From positions 23,862,126 to 23,926,125 of the forward strand of contig OZ037766.1 in NCBI GenBank assembly GCA_964035545.1: 64,000 nucleotides of DNA, in the 5' to 3' direction. This stretch comes from Bugula neritina (Eukaryota; Animalia; Bryozoa). Positions 30,091 to 43,658 of this stretch are shown here, piece by piece (positions within the stretch are counted from its first letter, which is position 1; every line of letters starts with the position of its first letter). Under the pieces are notes generated by a model that made no database searches, was not told the DNA's origin, and saw only the letters and a list, made by a program, of their open reading frames with translations. Position numbers and translations under genes: made by a program.

Positions 30091-33000
30091 ATGTTTACTC
30101 TTCATAAATGTGTTTTCTTGTTGATTCTGATGGAAAGTGGTATGAGAGGTAAGTGAGGCTATAGCGTCAGTTTAGCACAAAGCAAGATGTAGGTTATACA
30201 GCATCATTCTCAAGAATTAGCTACTTAAAGTTAGTTTTTGAACTATTACCTATTACAGTAATAGGAAAAATACTGGTGTGGAAATTTCATGCTGTTATAC
30301 CTACTGGGTTTTTTTTCTAAATGAATATGAGATTTGTATTTTTGTTATTTTAGCAGAGACTTGATTATTTTTAGTGATTTTTCAGCAACAATTCTATCTT
30401 TTTAAAATTGCAGATATTATTTTCACTTAGCCATTTAGAATGACACTTTGTATCGATAACTTAGCAGCTTAAATATATTGAGTTTAGTAGGGTAGCTTTC
30501 AGGTACTTTTTGTAAACTTATTTAGGTACTTTCTCTGTAAAAATTTTGATATTAGATTGCATGAAATTTATTTTAAAAGTTGCATAATATCAGGATCTGA
30601 TGTTTCAAAAATCAATTTATTCGGTTGTATTTTTAGTTCCACGTGTGTCTCAAATTGCTGCAGCTTACATTAAAAATATTAAACTGATTTGACTTTTTGT
30701 TAATAATGCTTACTCCAACTTATCCTAGTTGCTTTAATGTGTTGTAACAACAGGGTATGTATTGCGTAACAAAATCAAATTTGCATATAATATTGGTAAT
30801 ATTTTATCTCCATGCAACATTCTTCGTCTCTATCCTATTATAGGAAAAGTAATATAAAGCAGCAAATTAACAATAAAAGCATATTTTTTTAACAATAATT
30901 ATTATAATAAGGCTGGTAGTATACCTGTTTCATTTCTAAATAACGAAATGGCAATTGAGAGTTGGTACTTGCTAGGAACTATATAAACGGGGATACCAGA
31001 AAATTTGCTAGTAGATCACAAAATCAAATTAAACACCTGCATAACTCATCAACTGACATAATTTATGCAAAAATAAAGTCTAGCTATATGATAAGGTCAT
31101 AGGTATTTCAATATATTTCCCAAAAACTTCAATTTTACACAAGTTTTACTTCGGCTTGCTGAAAAAAACTATCAGCACATAAACCCGTTATTACCAGACA
31201 TGAGTACAGGAAGTTACAAAAAAGTTATTTCATTAGCAATAAACTGTGAAGAAAAATGTTAAGTACAACTGTACTAGTATATGTATTTTGCAATTCGAAC
31301 TCTAATAATTCATTTATAAAAGTTCATAAAATGGAGATAACTGTAAATACATATTAGCAATAACTGTAATCTAATATATGTATTTCAAAAATAAATAAAG
31401 TATGTAGGCTATAGAAAAGTATTGCAAAGCAGAAAGATATTTAATCATTGTAGCTGCTTTATAATGTTTATTTTCATCAACCATTACCTGCAGTTTAGAT
31501 TTACTCGCACAATTTAAATATTACATTCGGCTATATATAATTATAAATTACAGATAACATTAATTGCTGAATAAAATGTAAAAGTCACTAAAAGTGAGTA
31601 AGTGTTATAATGTAGCTTACTGGTCCAAGTCTATTTGACATTTATGTATCATTTATTTCCCTAACCTCTTTTTAACTAGCTAACTCAGGGCTGTCCAACA
31701 GGTGGCCCAAAGCCTGGATGTGGACCCCAAACTACATTTATGTGACCCTCAAAAACATAACAAATGAAACTGTTTTGCACATACATATAAAGTAGAATGG
31801 AAGGAACATCAATTTTTAAATTTCTTATTTATATATGCAAAAAAAATATGCAGACTGCAGTGACTATTGGAACTTTATTGCGTAATGGTATATAGAAATC
31901 TGGAATAAAGTAATTTAAGAAAATTGAAATGTCTTGGTCTCTAGCTAAACTTTACCCTTGTCATAAAATAGTTCATTTTAGTGGCCCTTGCTTTGTAAAG
32001 GTTAAACACCCCTGAGCTATAAATACTCCGGAATCTTGATAGTATATATAATAAGCATATAATTATGGTATTTAAAATCTCTAGTGATTCTTGTAGTAAT
32101 TTTAGCACTTTCATATTCCAACCTGCTTCTGAATTTAAACTTGATGACAACTGCAAGAGTTGCTTGACTTTTTAATTATATATGTTCCTTTATAGTTAGT
32201 GTTGCTGATGCCTCTCAAGGTTTGCTGGGTCTACTGCAGAACCTCGTCTCAGTGACAGTGAATGAGACAGGAAGTGATGTCACAGTTCCTTTAGTAGCAC
32301 CAGGAACAGAATTAATGACAGTTCCAACACAAAGTACTTCTTCCATGACTGCTCAAAGAGATACACAGACATCTGAACTTACAACATCTACAACTCCATC
32401 AATCAGTAAAACAACAACACCTAGAAGTCTTTTAGATTTATTGAAAAGCGTTGTTTCAGTGACAGTTAATGAAACAGGAGCTGATGTTACACTTCCATTG
32501 AAAGTAGTTGGGACTGGAATGGAAACATCTCCTGTAGTAAAGACAAGTACTACCACTAAAACAATACCAACTATTACTACTACAACAATACCAAGTACTA
32601 CCACTACAGAAACACCAACTACTACCACTACAGCAATACCATCTACTACCACTACAACAATACCAAGTACTACCACTAAAACAATACCCACTACTATTTT
32701 TATCAGTTCTGTTTCCATCTGATGTAGTATTAGTGTTCTATCAGTTAAAACAAATTAATTATATGCATTTACTGATGATTAACAATTTGTGCAAGATTTG
32801 TTATAAATTATTATTAACATTATAGATATTGATGAATGTACCTTGAAAGCAGATGACTGTCACCCTGATGCTAACTGTATAAATACTAATGGTTCTTTCA
32901 ACTGTCAATGTAAAGATGGTTACAGTGGTAGTGGAGTGTCATGTAGAGGTAAGTATAGCTTCTTTACTTTTACCTGATGCTATATTTATCTAAAGAAGTG

Positions 33001-35126
33001 TGACCGAAATTCTAGGGTGTTTTATTTGCTTACATACATGCACATGCTTATTGGTGCCTATAATAACAGTTATATATAAATAATATATTTTGTTATTTCT
33101 TTTCTGCAATGTAATAAATGTTTGATAGATGTAATGAGACAGCAGACAACTGTCACTCTAAATTCTAACTGCGCAAATACTGATGGTTCTTATGAGCATA
33201 TTTGTAAAGATGGTTATGCAAGAAATGAATACTAATGTTCAGATAATTATCAAAAAATGAGAATTTCTTTGAAGTGTTGAGAGTACAGGCACTATTCTTA
33301 GTAGTAAATAGGTAGACAAAATTCAAATTTGTTTCCAAGTGTTTATATACCCAGCTTAGTATTCTATACATATCTTATATCAATCTTGTCTTCTCAGTAT
33401 ACTATTGAAGTCTTAATTTTGTAGATGTAGATGAATGTTCTATAAAAACAGACTCCTGTGATAAAGCAGCTAATTGTGTCAATACCCTGGGGTCTTATAC
33501 ATGTAAATGTAAAACTGGTTATGTTGGTAATGGAAGAGAGTGTACAGGTCAGTATTATAGCTATTTATATTACATTATTATTTTTTTAGAAGAAAATTGA
33601 TAGCATTTTTAAATTACATAAAAAATTTATGTTGATGCTAAGTATTTGATGACAACCAATGTTTAGTTCACATGGACTATAACTGTAACTATTATTTTTT
33701 TTATTATTTTGAGTTTTCAGCAATTTTGATCAAGTTTCAAAATAAAGTGTACTTTGCATATGCAACTGTTTTTTTTTCAAAATTTATGAATTTGAACTAA
33801 TATGTATCTAAACATATGTTTGGAAAAGGTTAGGCTTAATTTAGTTAATTTCAATTATTTGCAATTCATCAATATTGACAATAAGTTTTCATAATATATA
33901 GTTTCTTATTAAGGTAATATATAAATTACAGCCACCAGAAATTTACTTTAAAAGTCAGAGCCATTTACTCTCATAATTTGTTTACTCTTATTGAATTACA
34001 GCTTCATCAATTAATCCTGATGTCTGTAAGACATGTTCAGCTGATGCATCATGTAGATGGGAGTTCCTTAAAGGATTGCATTGCAAGTGTGATTCTGGTT
34101 TCTCAGGAGATGGAAAACACTGTGAAGGTTCGCTTGTAGCTTGAGTAATACTTACCAAACAGTTTTATAGTTTTTGTTATAGACTAATTGATTAGATTGT
34201 TATAGTAAAAGAGTAAATAATTATTATTGGCTGTAGTATATAATATAATAGTAAATAATTATTATTGGTTAGAGTGTAGTACATCCGTAAATATTAATGA
34301 TTCACTAAGAAGTTGAACCTCACCTGTTTTGGGCAAATATAGTTGCACAAAATAATTGTTTGTCTGAAAAAGGAAGTAAATTTAATTCATATGCACAATT
34401 ATTTATAAAATAGAAAACTTTACTCAATTTTCCACATGACATAAAATGTGTATGGAAATGGTTTGCTAAGCAAACTGCTAAATACTAAAATGAAATACAT
34501 AAAAATTCATATAACAATGACAAGTTTTATAAATGCACATGCACACAGATTTGAATTAAGCACTTAACCATAATGCAAATCAAAAGCATGAACTCAAAGT
34601 TATATATAGTACGGAGAGGTTGACCATTACAGTACATAGTAATACTTTTGCTAATAATATTTCAATAGAATCTAGTAGTATAAATGATATTTATAATTGT
34701 ATTTATGATAAACTATAACTTTGAGGTATTAGGTAATATGACAAAAGATAAAAGAAATTATTTTTATCAATGTAGTCAATACTCACAAATACCAATGCTC
34801 ACAAAAAATTTTTCTATCAAAGCTAATAAACAAAAAGCCTGATTATATTTTGCTTACACATTGAACAGTATTACTTTCTATATTTCTTGCTACAAAATTA
34901 GCTGCCTTAAATACCCACCAGTCTATGCATTACCTTGCTATATTTATCTCATTGTCTTGCAGATATAAACGAGTGTACCTCTAACAACCCACCAGCTTGT
35001 AGCTCCAATGGATTTTGTATAAATACTGTTGGTTCTGCTTTTTGCCACTGTAACCCTGGATATGTTGGAAATGGTTTTGATTGCGTTCACCAAGACTTCT
35101 TCAAGTCATTTGAAAACTTTGGCTAA
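30091..35126 (+). CDS. Gene C: chimeric mucin-EGF gene (signal peptide, Thr-rich exon, 4 EGF exons); splicing out of the mucin exon is uncertain
   Basis: Exon 30091-30148 encodes [19 protein letters not shown] with G|GTAAGT. The exon starting at 32196 is Thr-rich and reads to TGA at 32722 unless a weak donor such as A|GTTCTG near 32705 is used. EGF exons: 32826-32948, 33425-33547, 34002-34127, 34963-35126. Confidence 0.65.
31686..32014. mobile_element. hAT/Charlie-like MITE relic in intron 1 of the mucin genes (copies also ~38319-38651, ~50960-51250, ~59171-59460)
   Basis: Imperfect TIRs CAGGGCTGTCCAAC / GTTAAACACCCCTG (GTTGGACACCCCTG in the gene F copy). The 8-bp flanks AGCTAACT / AGCTATAA have a central TA. 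Confidence 0.5.
33105..33242 (+). pseudogene. Decayed EGF pseudoexon (copies ~47510-47649 + and ~49853-49990 -)
   Basis: [10 protein letters not shown]/[frameshift]/[25 protein letters not shown]; one Cys is lost and the donor reads G|ATAATT. Confidence 0.75.
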
Positions 35127-36696
35127 TAAAACGTTGAAATGAATTAAGTTAAAGTTGCCAGTTAACATATAATTACTGACAATAAACATATTGAGTGTTA
35201 TATGTTTTATATAATATTGTGTTTCACATGTATGATATCCAAATTTCCTTTTGTTATTAAAGCAAGGCTTGCAGTGATTTTTTATAAAAATACTTAAAGT
35301 TTTCTTCTTTTTTTTAATCAATAATCGATCATTAATAAAATGTTTTAGCCTATAGCTGCAGTTATATGTGCACATGCACTCATAAAATAACAAAAATGCT
35401 GGCAGTTTATGGCTACTTAAAAGCATTATTTTTATTCAGAATATCTTTGAAGTAACATTCTATGACATTTAGTGTAGAGAAAATATTTTTTTATAAAAAA
35501 TTGGGTCAACTTTACATGAGCAGATTGCATGATCAATGTTATGTCATTATAAATGTAGATATTCTATAATGATTTAAAGTTGCTTAAACTAGCATTTCGT
35601 TTTATTAGCATGAAATTGGCCAAGCAATGTCAAAGAAGTACTCTGATCAGATATATTATACACTTGCTTAGTTGTGAGTTGTAAGTCTATACAACTCTTA
35701 TAGTTATTTAAACTACCCTTATCAACGATATTGCTGGCAACAGCTCCCAGAGTCTATTAGATTATTATGCATACCTATCTATTTTATGTTAAATTGATCA
35801 TAAATTTATATTATAGTACTAATATTGTTTTTGGAGTTATAAAAGGATTTAGTTGAACTTACTAATCAAGGTTAGAAAACAACAAATAACGTATTATTAT
35901 TTTCAGACGCTTATATACTAGTGACCTTAAATTAGCCAGCATGCCACCTGGATAACTATCTGGGTCATTAAACACATCTTATATAACAAAGCTTGTCATT
36001 AAATTTAAGAATAGATAAAAGAAAAGTTAAATGTGGATATTTGGAAGAGAAACTGATTATGCAATATACTAGTATATATAGAAAAGCATTGTAGATTGAA
36101 AAGTACAGATGGGAAAAAAATGAGTAAAATAGTTCGAGTGAATGTTTTGCAAAAGCATGAGTTTTGGCCAATGTTGAAGCACACTACAATAAGAAGGAAG
36201 TAATGGAGAATTTTTCTTATCTATGAAATTTGCTAATTTCATAGTTATACAATATTTATCAGTGGTATTACTTGCTATAATATAAAGTTCAAAACAACCT
36301 AATTAACTCAATTATTCTGCTCATTTTTAAAAGTGTTTGTACAACTTGATAATAATCACCACTCTCATCACAAATTGTAAGTTCAAAACACTTTAGTTTA
36401 AGAACTATTTCATCTATGGCTGATAGATTTCTATATAGGTTAAGAAAATAGATTAAAGACTAATAGGGATTGGGTTGTGATTTTCATTGGCTGCCATCAA
36501 ATAGATTATATACTCTTTATTTTGATAAAAAATATTGTGGCATACATTGAGCTTACTTTCTCACATTTCACCACCAAGTTTTCTGATAACAAAAAAGTAC
36601 TGCATATAACTGATAGTCAGCTTTGCATGCTAGCATTTTAAAACTTCACAAGTCAAGAAACGTTTTGCAAGGGAAAGCAAACTGTCAGCAACTGCC

Positions 36697-39600
36697 ATGT
36701 TTACTCTTCATAAATGTGTTTTCTTGTTGATTCTGATGGAAGGTGGTATGAGAGGTAAGTGAGGCTATACCGTCAGTTTAGCACAAAGCAAGATGTAGGT
36801 TATACAGCATCATTCTCAAGAATTAGCTACTTAAAGTTAGTTTTTGAACTATTACCTATATTATACAATAATATAAAAAAATACTGGTGTGGAAATTTCA
36901 TGCTGTTATACCTACTGGGTTTTTTTTCTAAATGAATATAAGATTTGTATTTTTGTTATTTTAGCAGAGACTTGATTATTTTTAGTGATTTTTCAGCAAC
37001 AATTCTATCTTTTTAAAATTGCAGATATTATTTTCACTGAGCCATTTAGAATGACACTTTGTATCGATAACTTAGCAGCTTACATATATTGAGTTTAGTA
37101 AGGTAGCTTTCAGGTGCTTTTTGTAAACTTATTTAGGTACTTTCTCTGTAAAAATTTTGATATTAGAATTCATGAAATTTATTTGAAAAATTGCATAATA
37201 TCAGGGTCTGATGTTTCAAAAATCAATTTATTCGGTTGTATTTTTAGTTCCACGTGTGTCTCAAATTGCTGTAGCTTACATTAAAAATATTAAACTAATT
37301 TGACTTTTTGTTAATAATGCTTACTCCAACTTATCCTAGTTGCTTTAATGTGTTGTAACAACAGGTTAGGTATTGCGTAACAAAATCAAATTTGCATATA
37401 ATATTGGTAGTATTTTATATCCATGCAACATTCTTCGTCTCTATCCAATTATAGGAAAAGTAATATAAAACAGCACATTGACAATAAAAGCATAATTTTT
37501 TAACAATAACTAGTATAATAAGGCTGGTAGTATACCTGATTCATTTACTTATAAGTCACATTTCTAAATAACGAAATGGCAATTGAGAGTTGGTACTTGC
37601 TAGGAACTATATAAACGGGGATACCAGAAAATTTGCTAGTAGATCACAAAATCAAATTAAACACCTGCATAACTTATCAACTGACATAATTTATGCAAAA
37701 ATAAAGTCTAGCTATAAAAAGTTCATAGATATTTTAATATATTTCACACAAAAATTCAATATTACACAAGTTTTACTTTCTATTGCTGAAAAAAAATTAT
37801 CAACACATAAACCAGTTATTACCAGACATGAGTACAGCAAGTTGCAAAAAATTATTTTATTAGCAATAAACTGTAAAGAAAAATCTTAAGTACAACTGTA
37901 CTAGTTAGTATATGTATTTTGCAATTCAAACTCTAATAATTCATTTATAAAAGTTCATGAAATGGAGATAACTGTAAACACATATTAGCAATAACTGTAA
38001 TCTAATATATGTATTTCAAAAATAAATAAAGTATGTAGGCTATAGAAAAGTATTGCAAAGCAGAAAGATATTTAATCATTGTAGCTGCTTTATAATGTTT
38101 ATTTCCATCAACTATTACCTGCAGCTTAGATTTACTCGCACAATTTAAATATTACATTCGGCTATATAATATAATTATAAATTACAGATAACATTACCTG
38201 CTGAATAAAATGTAAAAGTCACTAAAAGTGAGCAAGTGTCATAATGTAGCTTACTGGTCCAAGTCTAGTTGACATTTATGAATCATTTATTTCTTAACCT
38301 CTTTTTAACTAGCTAACTCAGGACTGTCCAACAGGTGGCGCAAAGCCTGGATGTGGACCCCAAACTATAACATTTATGTGACCCTCAAAAACATAACAAA
38401 TGAAATTGTTTTGCACATACATATAAAGTAGAATGGAAGAAAAATCAAGTTTTAAATTTCTTATTTATATATGCAAAAAAATATGCAGACTGCAGTGACT
38501 ATTGGAACTTTATTGTGTAATGGTTTATATAGGAATCTGGAATAAAGTAATTTAAGAAAATTGAGATGCTGTGGCCCCCAGCTAAATTTTACCCTTGTCA
38601 CAGAGTTGTCCATTTCAGTGGCCTTTGCTTTGTAAAGGTTAAACACCCCTGAGTTATAAATACTTCGGAATCTTGATAGTATATATAATAAGCATATAAT
38701 TATGGTATTTAAAATCTCTAGTGATTCTTGTAGTAATTTTGGCACTTTCATATTAATTCCAACCTGCTTCTGAATTTAAACTTGATGACAACTGCAAGAG
38801 TTGCTTGACTTTTTAATTCTATATGTCACTTTATAGTTAGTGCTGCTGATGCCTCTCAAGGTTTGCTGGGTTTACTGAAGAATTTTGTCTCAGTGCCAGT
38901 AAATGAGACAGGAAGTGATGTCACAGTTCCTTTAGTAGTACCAGGAACAGAAGTAATGACAGTTCCAACACAAAGTACTTCCTTCAAGACTGCTCAAAGA
39001 GATACACAAACATCTGAACTCACAACATCTACAACTCCATCAATCAGTAGAACAACAAAATCTAGAAGTCTCTTGGACTTATTGAAAAGTGTTGTTTCAG
39101 TTACATTTAATGAAACAGCAGCTGATGTTACAGTTCCATTGATAGTAGTTGGGGGTAAACTGCCTATAGTAAAGACAACTACTACCATTAAAGCCAGACC
39201 AACCGCTACCACTACAAACACACCATCTACTACCACAACAACAACACTATCTACTACCACAACAGAAACACCAACTACTACCAATACAGCCTTACCGACT
39301 ACTACCACAATAAAAACACCAACTACTATCACTACAGCGATACCAACTACTACCGCTACAGTGATACCAACTACTACCACAACAGAAACACCAACTACTA
39401 CCAATACAGCCTTACCGACTACTACCACAATAGAAACACCAACTACTATCACTACAGCGATACCAACTACTACCGCTACAGTGATACCAACTACTACCAC
39501 AACAGAAACACCAACTACTACCAATACAGCCTTACCGACTACTACCACAATAGAAACACCAACTACTACCACAACAACAACACTATCTACTACCACAACA

Positions 39601-42600
39601 GAAACACCAACTACTACCAATACAGCCTTACCGACTACTACCACAATAAAAACACCAACTACTATCACTACAGCGATACCAACTACTACCGCTACAGTGA
39701 TACCAACTACTACCACAACAGAAACACCAACTACTACCAATACAGCCTTACCGACTACTACCACAATAGAAACACCAACTACTATCACTACAGCGATACC
39801 AACTACTACCGCTACAGTGATACCAACTACTACTACAACAGAAACACCAACTACTACCAATACAGCCTTACCGACTACTACCACAATAGAAACACCAACT
39901 ACTATCACTACAGCGATACCAACTACTACCGCTACAGTGATACCAACTACTACCACAACAGAAACACCAACTACTACCAATACAGCCTTACCGACTACTA
40001 CCATAATAGAAACACCAACTACTATCACTACAGCGATACCAACTACTACCGCTACAGTGATACCAACTACTACCACTACAGTGATACCAACTACTACCAC
40101 TACAGTGATACCAACTACTACCACTACAAAAGCACGAACCACAAAAGCTTCCAAACTGTGTGATAGTGTGTTAGTAGACTTTTTCTCAGTAACTTTACCC
40201 AACACATATGATAACAGTTTTAATACAATGTTATTGATGCAGTTTGCTATGGCTAAAACGGTGAGTTGTCACTGCATATATATTCACAATATTACTATAC
40301 TACATATTAAACTAATGTTTGAAGTAATATTTTAGGAAATCCAAAAAAGTTTTTAACAAGGCTAAAGATAGTTTGGTTATGTGTAAGTTACAATGGAGTC
40401 ATTTTAATTATTATACATGTGCAGATAGTTATCAACAGATATATATATATATATATAGGCTTATTTGGATGCTGTATACTATTATTGTGTATAACTAAAG
40501 TGACCAGTTTGTATAAAATCAAGTAAATATTTGAGAATGACTAGAATTATAACTGAAGTCATGTGTTGTAGTGTGATTGGTATAACATTTTGAAAATAGT
40601 TTTTTCTGCTAATATTGTTATATATTTGATGCATGCAACTTATTTTAGTGTTTGAAAAAAATGCATCTTACGATCTTAATAATTTATAAATAAGCTAACA
40701 AGACATCAGCGATAAATAGTTTCAAGTGACAGCATGAGCACTATTTATATAACAATGAACAAATGAGTTAGTTCAGCTAATCGAGTTACTGCAGATATTT
40801 CAAGCTATAACTCTAATTATTGCTGTTGCTAGTCGCTGCCGTTTTAGTGTAGGCCTATTGTATAACTGGAAAGGTTTTTGTACTGATCCTTTTTTGTAAT
40901 TTGTAGGCAACTAGGATTCCAATTTAATTTCAATTTTTAATTTACTTGTGATATATATTTTATTTAACTCAAAATCATTGTTTATTCTATAAATTTCAAT
41001 TATCTCCCCAACAGTAACGTATTTTATCAAGTTTCAACCCATTCAAGTAAGAGTTTTGCATTATATACTATTCTATATGTCTGTACAACTCAAACCACAC
41101 AAAAACTATACTAGTATCAAGTTAGACTTTTAAAGAGGAAAGTTAAAAGTGTTTCTAATCCACAAAGTACAACAGCTTTCTAAAAGTTTGAAATGCCTAA
41201 CATCTCTAATTTTACTCCAGTGCTCTACCTGCTGCTATAATTTGTTATGATGTCCCAAATAGTGTGAAACGCATGGTATTTGCTAAAAGTATCACATAAT
41301 TAAAGGGTTTACATTTTCTGCTTTTTTATTCAGCGTGAAGTTATGACAGGACGTCAACAAGTCATAAATAAATTATTTGTGATGGGCAGTAATTTTTGTT
41401 CATTATAATCATCTCAGCTTGGTAACAAATTGATACCTTATCTATAGTGTTTTAACTCAAATAATGAAGTCAACTTTAAAGTATAGTATAAAAGATGATT
41501 TGCAATAAGTATTTTTACATCTGGTAAACTATTATATATTTAGTATAACCTCTATTAATTGTCCTTAAAGACATGGTATACATATAATATACTAAATATT
41601 TAATACTTTAAGTTTGACTTCAACAAAACAGCTCCTTATAATCTGTCACAACTGTTCATTGATATATAACATGGTAAGCAATATACATAGTGTACACATA
41701 GTATACAAAAGCTTGTTTATACATAGTATATAAAAGTTATTTATAATTGGTTTTTGTAGTTCGAACAGTTCTTGATAGACAGGAATACACAGAACACCGG
41801 ATATAAAGTTGCTGATGTCAGTTGCTATTCCAACTCTCCAACTGATTACGCCTGCAGAACCACATGTGAGCAGAAACCAACCAGGTTACGCCAAAAGAGA
41901 AGTCAATCCCAGATCTCTTTAGACTTTAACAATTATCTTCAAAACAAAAACTCATTTGTTAATATTTTAAAGTATATTCAGATGAATGGAGTATCAGCAG
42001 CCAATTTGACAGCAAAAGTCAACAACACTGGTGGACAAGGAGTTCTAGCAGGGACAAACTTCACTGTTTCTGGTAATCCATCCATCTCTAGTCATCAGCA
42101 AATACTAATACCAGCAACTAATACCACAGCAACAACACCAACTACTACTACTACTACTACAAAAATACCACATAATATCATTACAGAAGCTCCAACTACT
42201 AATGCTACAAAGAGACCAACTACTGCTGCAACAGACACAACAACTGTCACCATTGCAACAGCAAGAAATGCTACTACAATGTTAACCAATGTCCTTCCTG
42301 AGACTTCAAATATGGGTACAGAAGTCAAAGCATCAGCCAGTTATAACTAGTTATAACAAATTATTAACATTTTGTGATGCACTCTAGAGTGCATCACAAA
42401 ATGTTAATAATTTGTTCATGATTTTAATGGGCGGAATTAACATTAATACCCACAAAGATAACATTATAATAGAACAACCAAGAAGCTATGAATCAGAGAT
42501 AGCTCAAACAACAGATAAAACAGGTGAGTAATTGTAATTGAAAAGTATTTTTAAATGGCAATTTTGATAATTTTTATACTATAAAGCTTCTTTAAAAGCT

Positions 42601-43658
42601 AAATAGTAATATATTATACCCTAAGTGAATTGGCTAAGTTTGATGTTAATAACTATAACATTACAACTAGTAACAGTATATTGCTCTACTTTTTAAAATA
42701 TGTTCTAAAACATTCTTAGGTATGAAATGTCACTGTTATATGAAACTAGCACAAATAATTATCTTACATTTATTAGGTTATAGCTTACTAATCATCATCT
42801 ATTGTGTTGCTTTGTCTCATATTACAGTATAGTTACTCTTGGATATAAGTTATAATTATAGAGAAACACTCACAAATAGCAGTTTCAGCTGAACTTTTGC
42901 GTGCTTAATTTTTTCTCACCGTGACAACTTATTGTATCCTTTTTATTCATAATATTCTATGTGAAAATCTAATATAATATGTGTATTTTTCAATTAAACA
43001 GCACTTGGAGCAGATATTTGTATTTCATGCTCTAAGGAAGCATCATGCAGATGGACACCTCTGAAAGGGCTACATTGTCAATGTAACCCTGGATTTGCTG
43101 GAGATGGGAGACACTGTGAAGGTGAGAATAGAAATGCTTTCAACAATCGAACTAGTATTAATTTTTGACAGTTTCCTATTTAACAAGCTGCTGCAGTTCA
43201 AACTATTCACATAACCATGCAGCTAGTTCCATAAAAGTTTTATAATATTCTAGTGCATGGTAGTTAAATGTTTCTTTATTTTAGAGCTAAATTTTTTCAT
43301 ATACTGCCATATATATGCTGACATTTATATACTAGGAAAGAGCCTAAGATTCATTATATTGCGACTAAAAACAATTTGATTTGGCATAAACGTTCTAGAA
43401 TTTATGTACATAACAAACTAGAAGTTAGCTTGTTAGTTGGTAAAAAGTTTGACAGATAGTAATTAATAATCTATATTTCTATGTAATAATGTAGATATTG
43501 ATGAATGTTCTTCTGGCACCCAACTGAGATGTAGTACCAAAGGTTACTGTGTAAACACCCATGGCTCTGCCAGATGCCAGTGTTACCCTGGCTACATTGG
43601 AAATGGAATTGATTGTATTCATCAAAGTTTTCTAAAATCATATGACAATTATAACTAA
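36697..43658 (+). CDS. Gene D: secreted mucin-like protein (signal, Thr-rich VNTR, SEA-like domain with RQKR, Thr-rich linker, 2 C-terminal EGF), ~770-790 aa
   Basis: Exons 36697-36754; 38837-40260 (phase 1-0, ACG|GTGAGT); 41760-~42315 (donor uncertain; read-through stops at 42350); possible mini-exon 42473-42523 (CAG|GTGAGT); 43002-43121; 43495-43658 (TAA). AATAAA at ~43671. Confidence 0.75.
39223..40130 (+). repeat. Coding VNTR: 120-bp/40-aa Thr-rich unit ([39 protein letters not shown]), ~7 copies
   Basis: Sequence repeats at 120-bp spacing, with one 96-bp variant unit and terminal 24-bp VIPTTTTT units. Confidence 0.95.
42355..42416. repeat. 62-bp perfect palindrome (no spacer)
   Basis: AACAAATTATTAACATTTTGTGATGCACTCT|AGAGTGCATCACAAAATGTTAATAATTTGTT; it overlaps an 18-bp palindrome GTTATAACTAGTTATAAC at 42340-42357. 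Confidence 0.95.

Noticed and set aside
29365-38751. Recurrent short ORFs such as MCFNIGQN..., MYRILSWV..., MQLSSSLN..., MVLARNYI...
   Set aside because: Chance frames in duplicated intronic or intergenic DNA, broken by indels in sister copies.
38994-40205. Long Val-rich minus-strand ORFs (also 32353-32718, 42095-42328, 50374-50619, 59911-60333, 62167-62418)
   Set aside because: Antisense shadows of ACN Thr codons in the mucin exons; no independent splice or domain signal.
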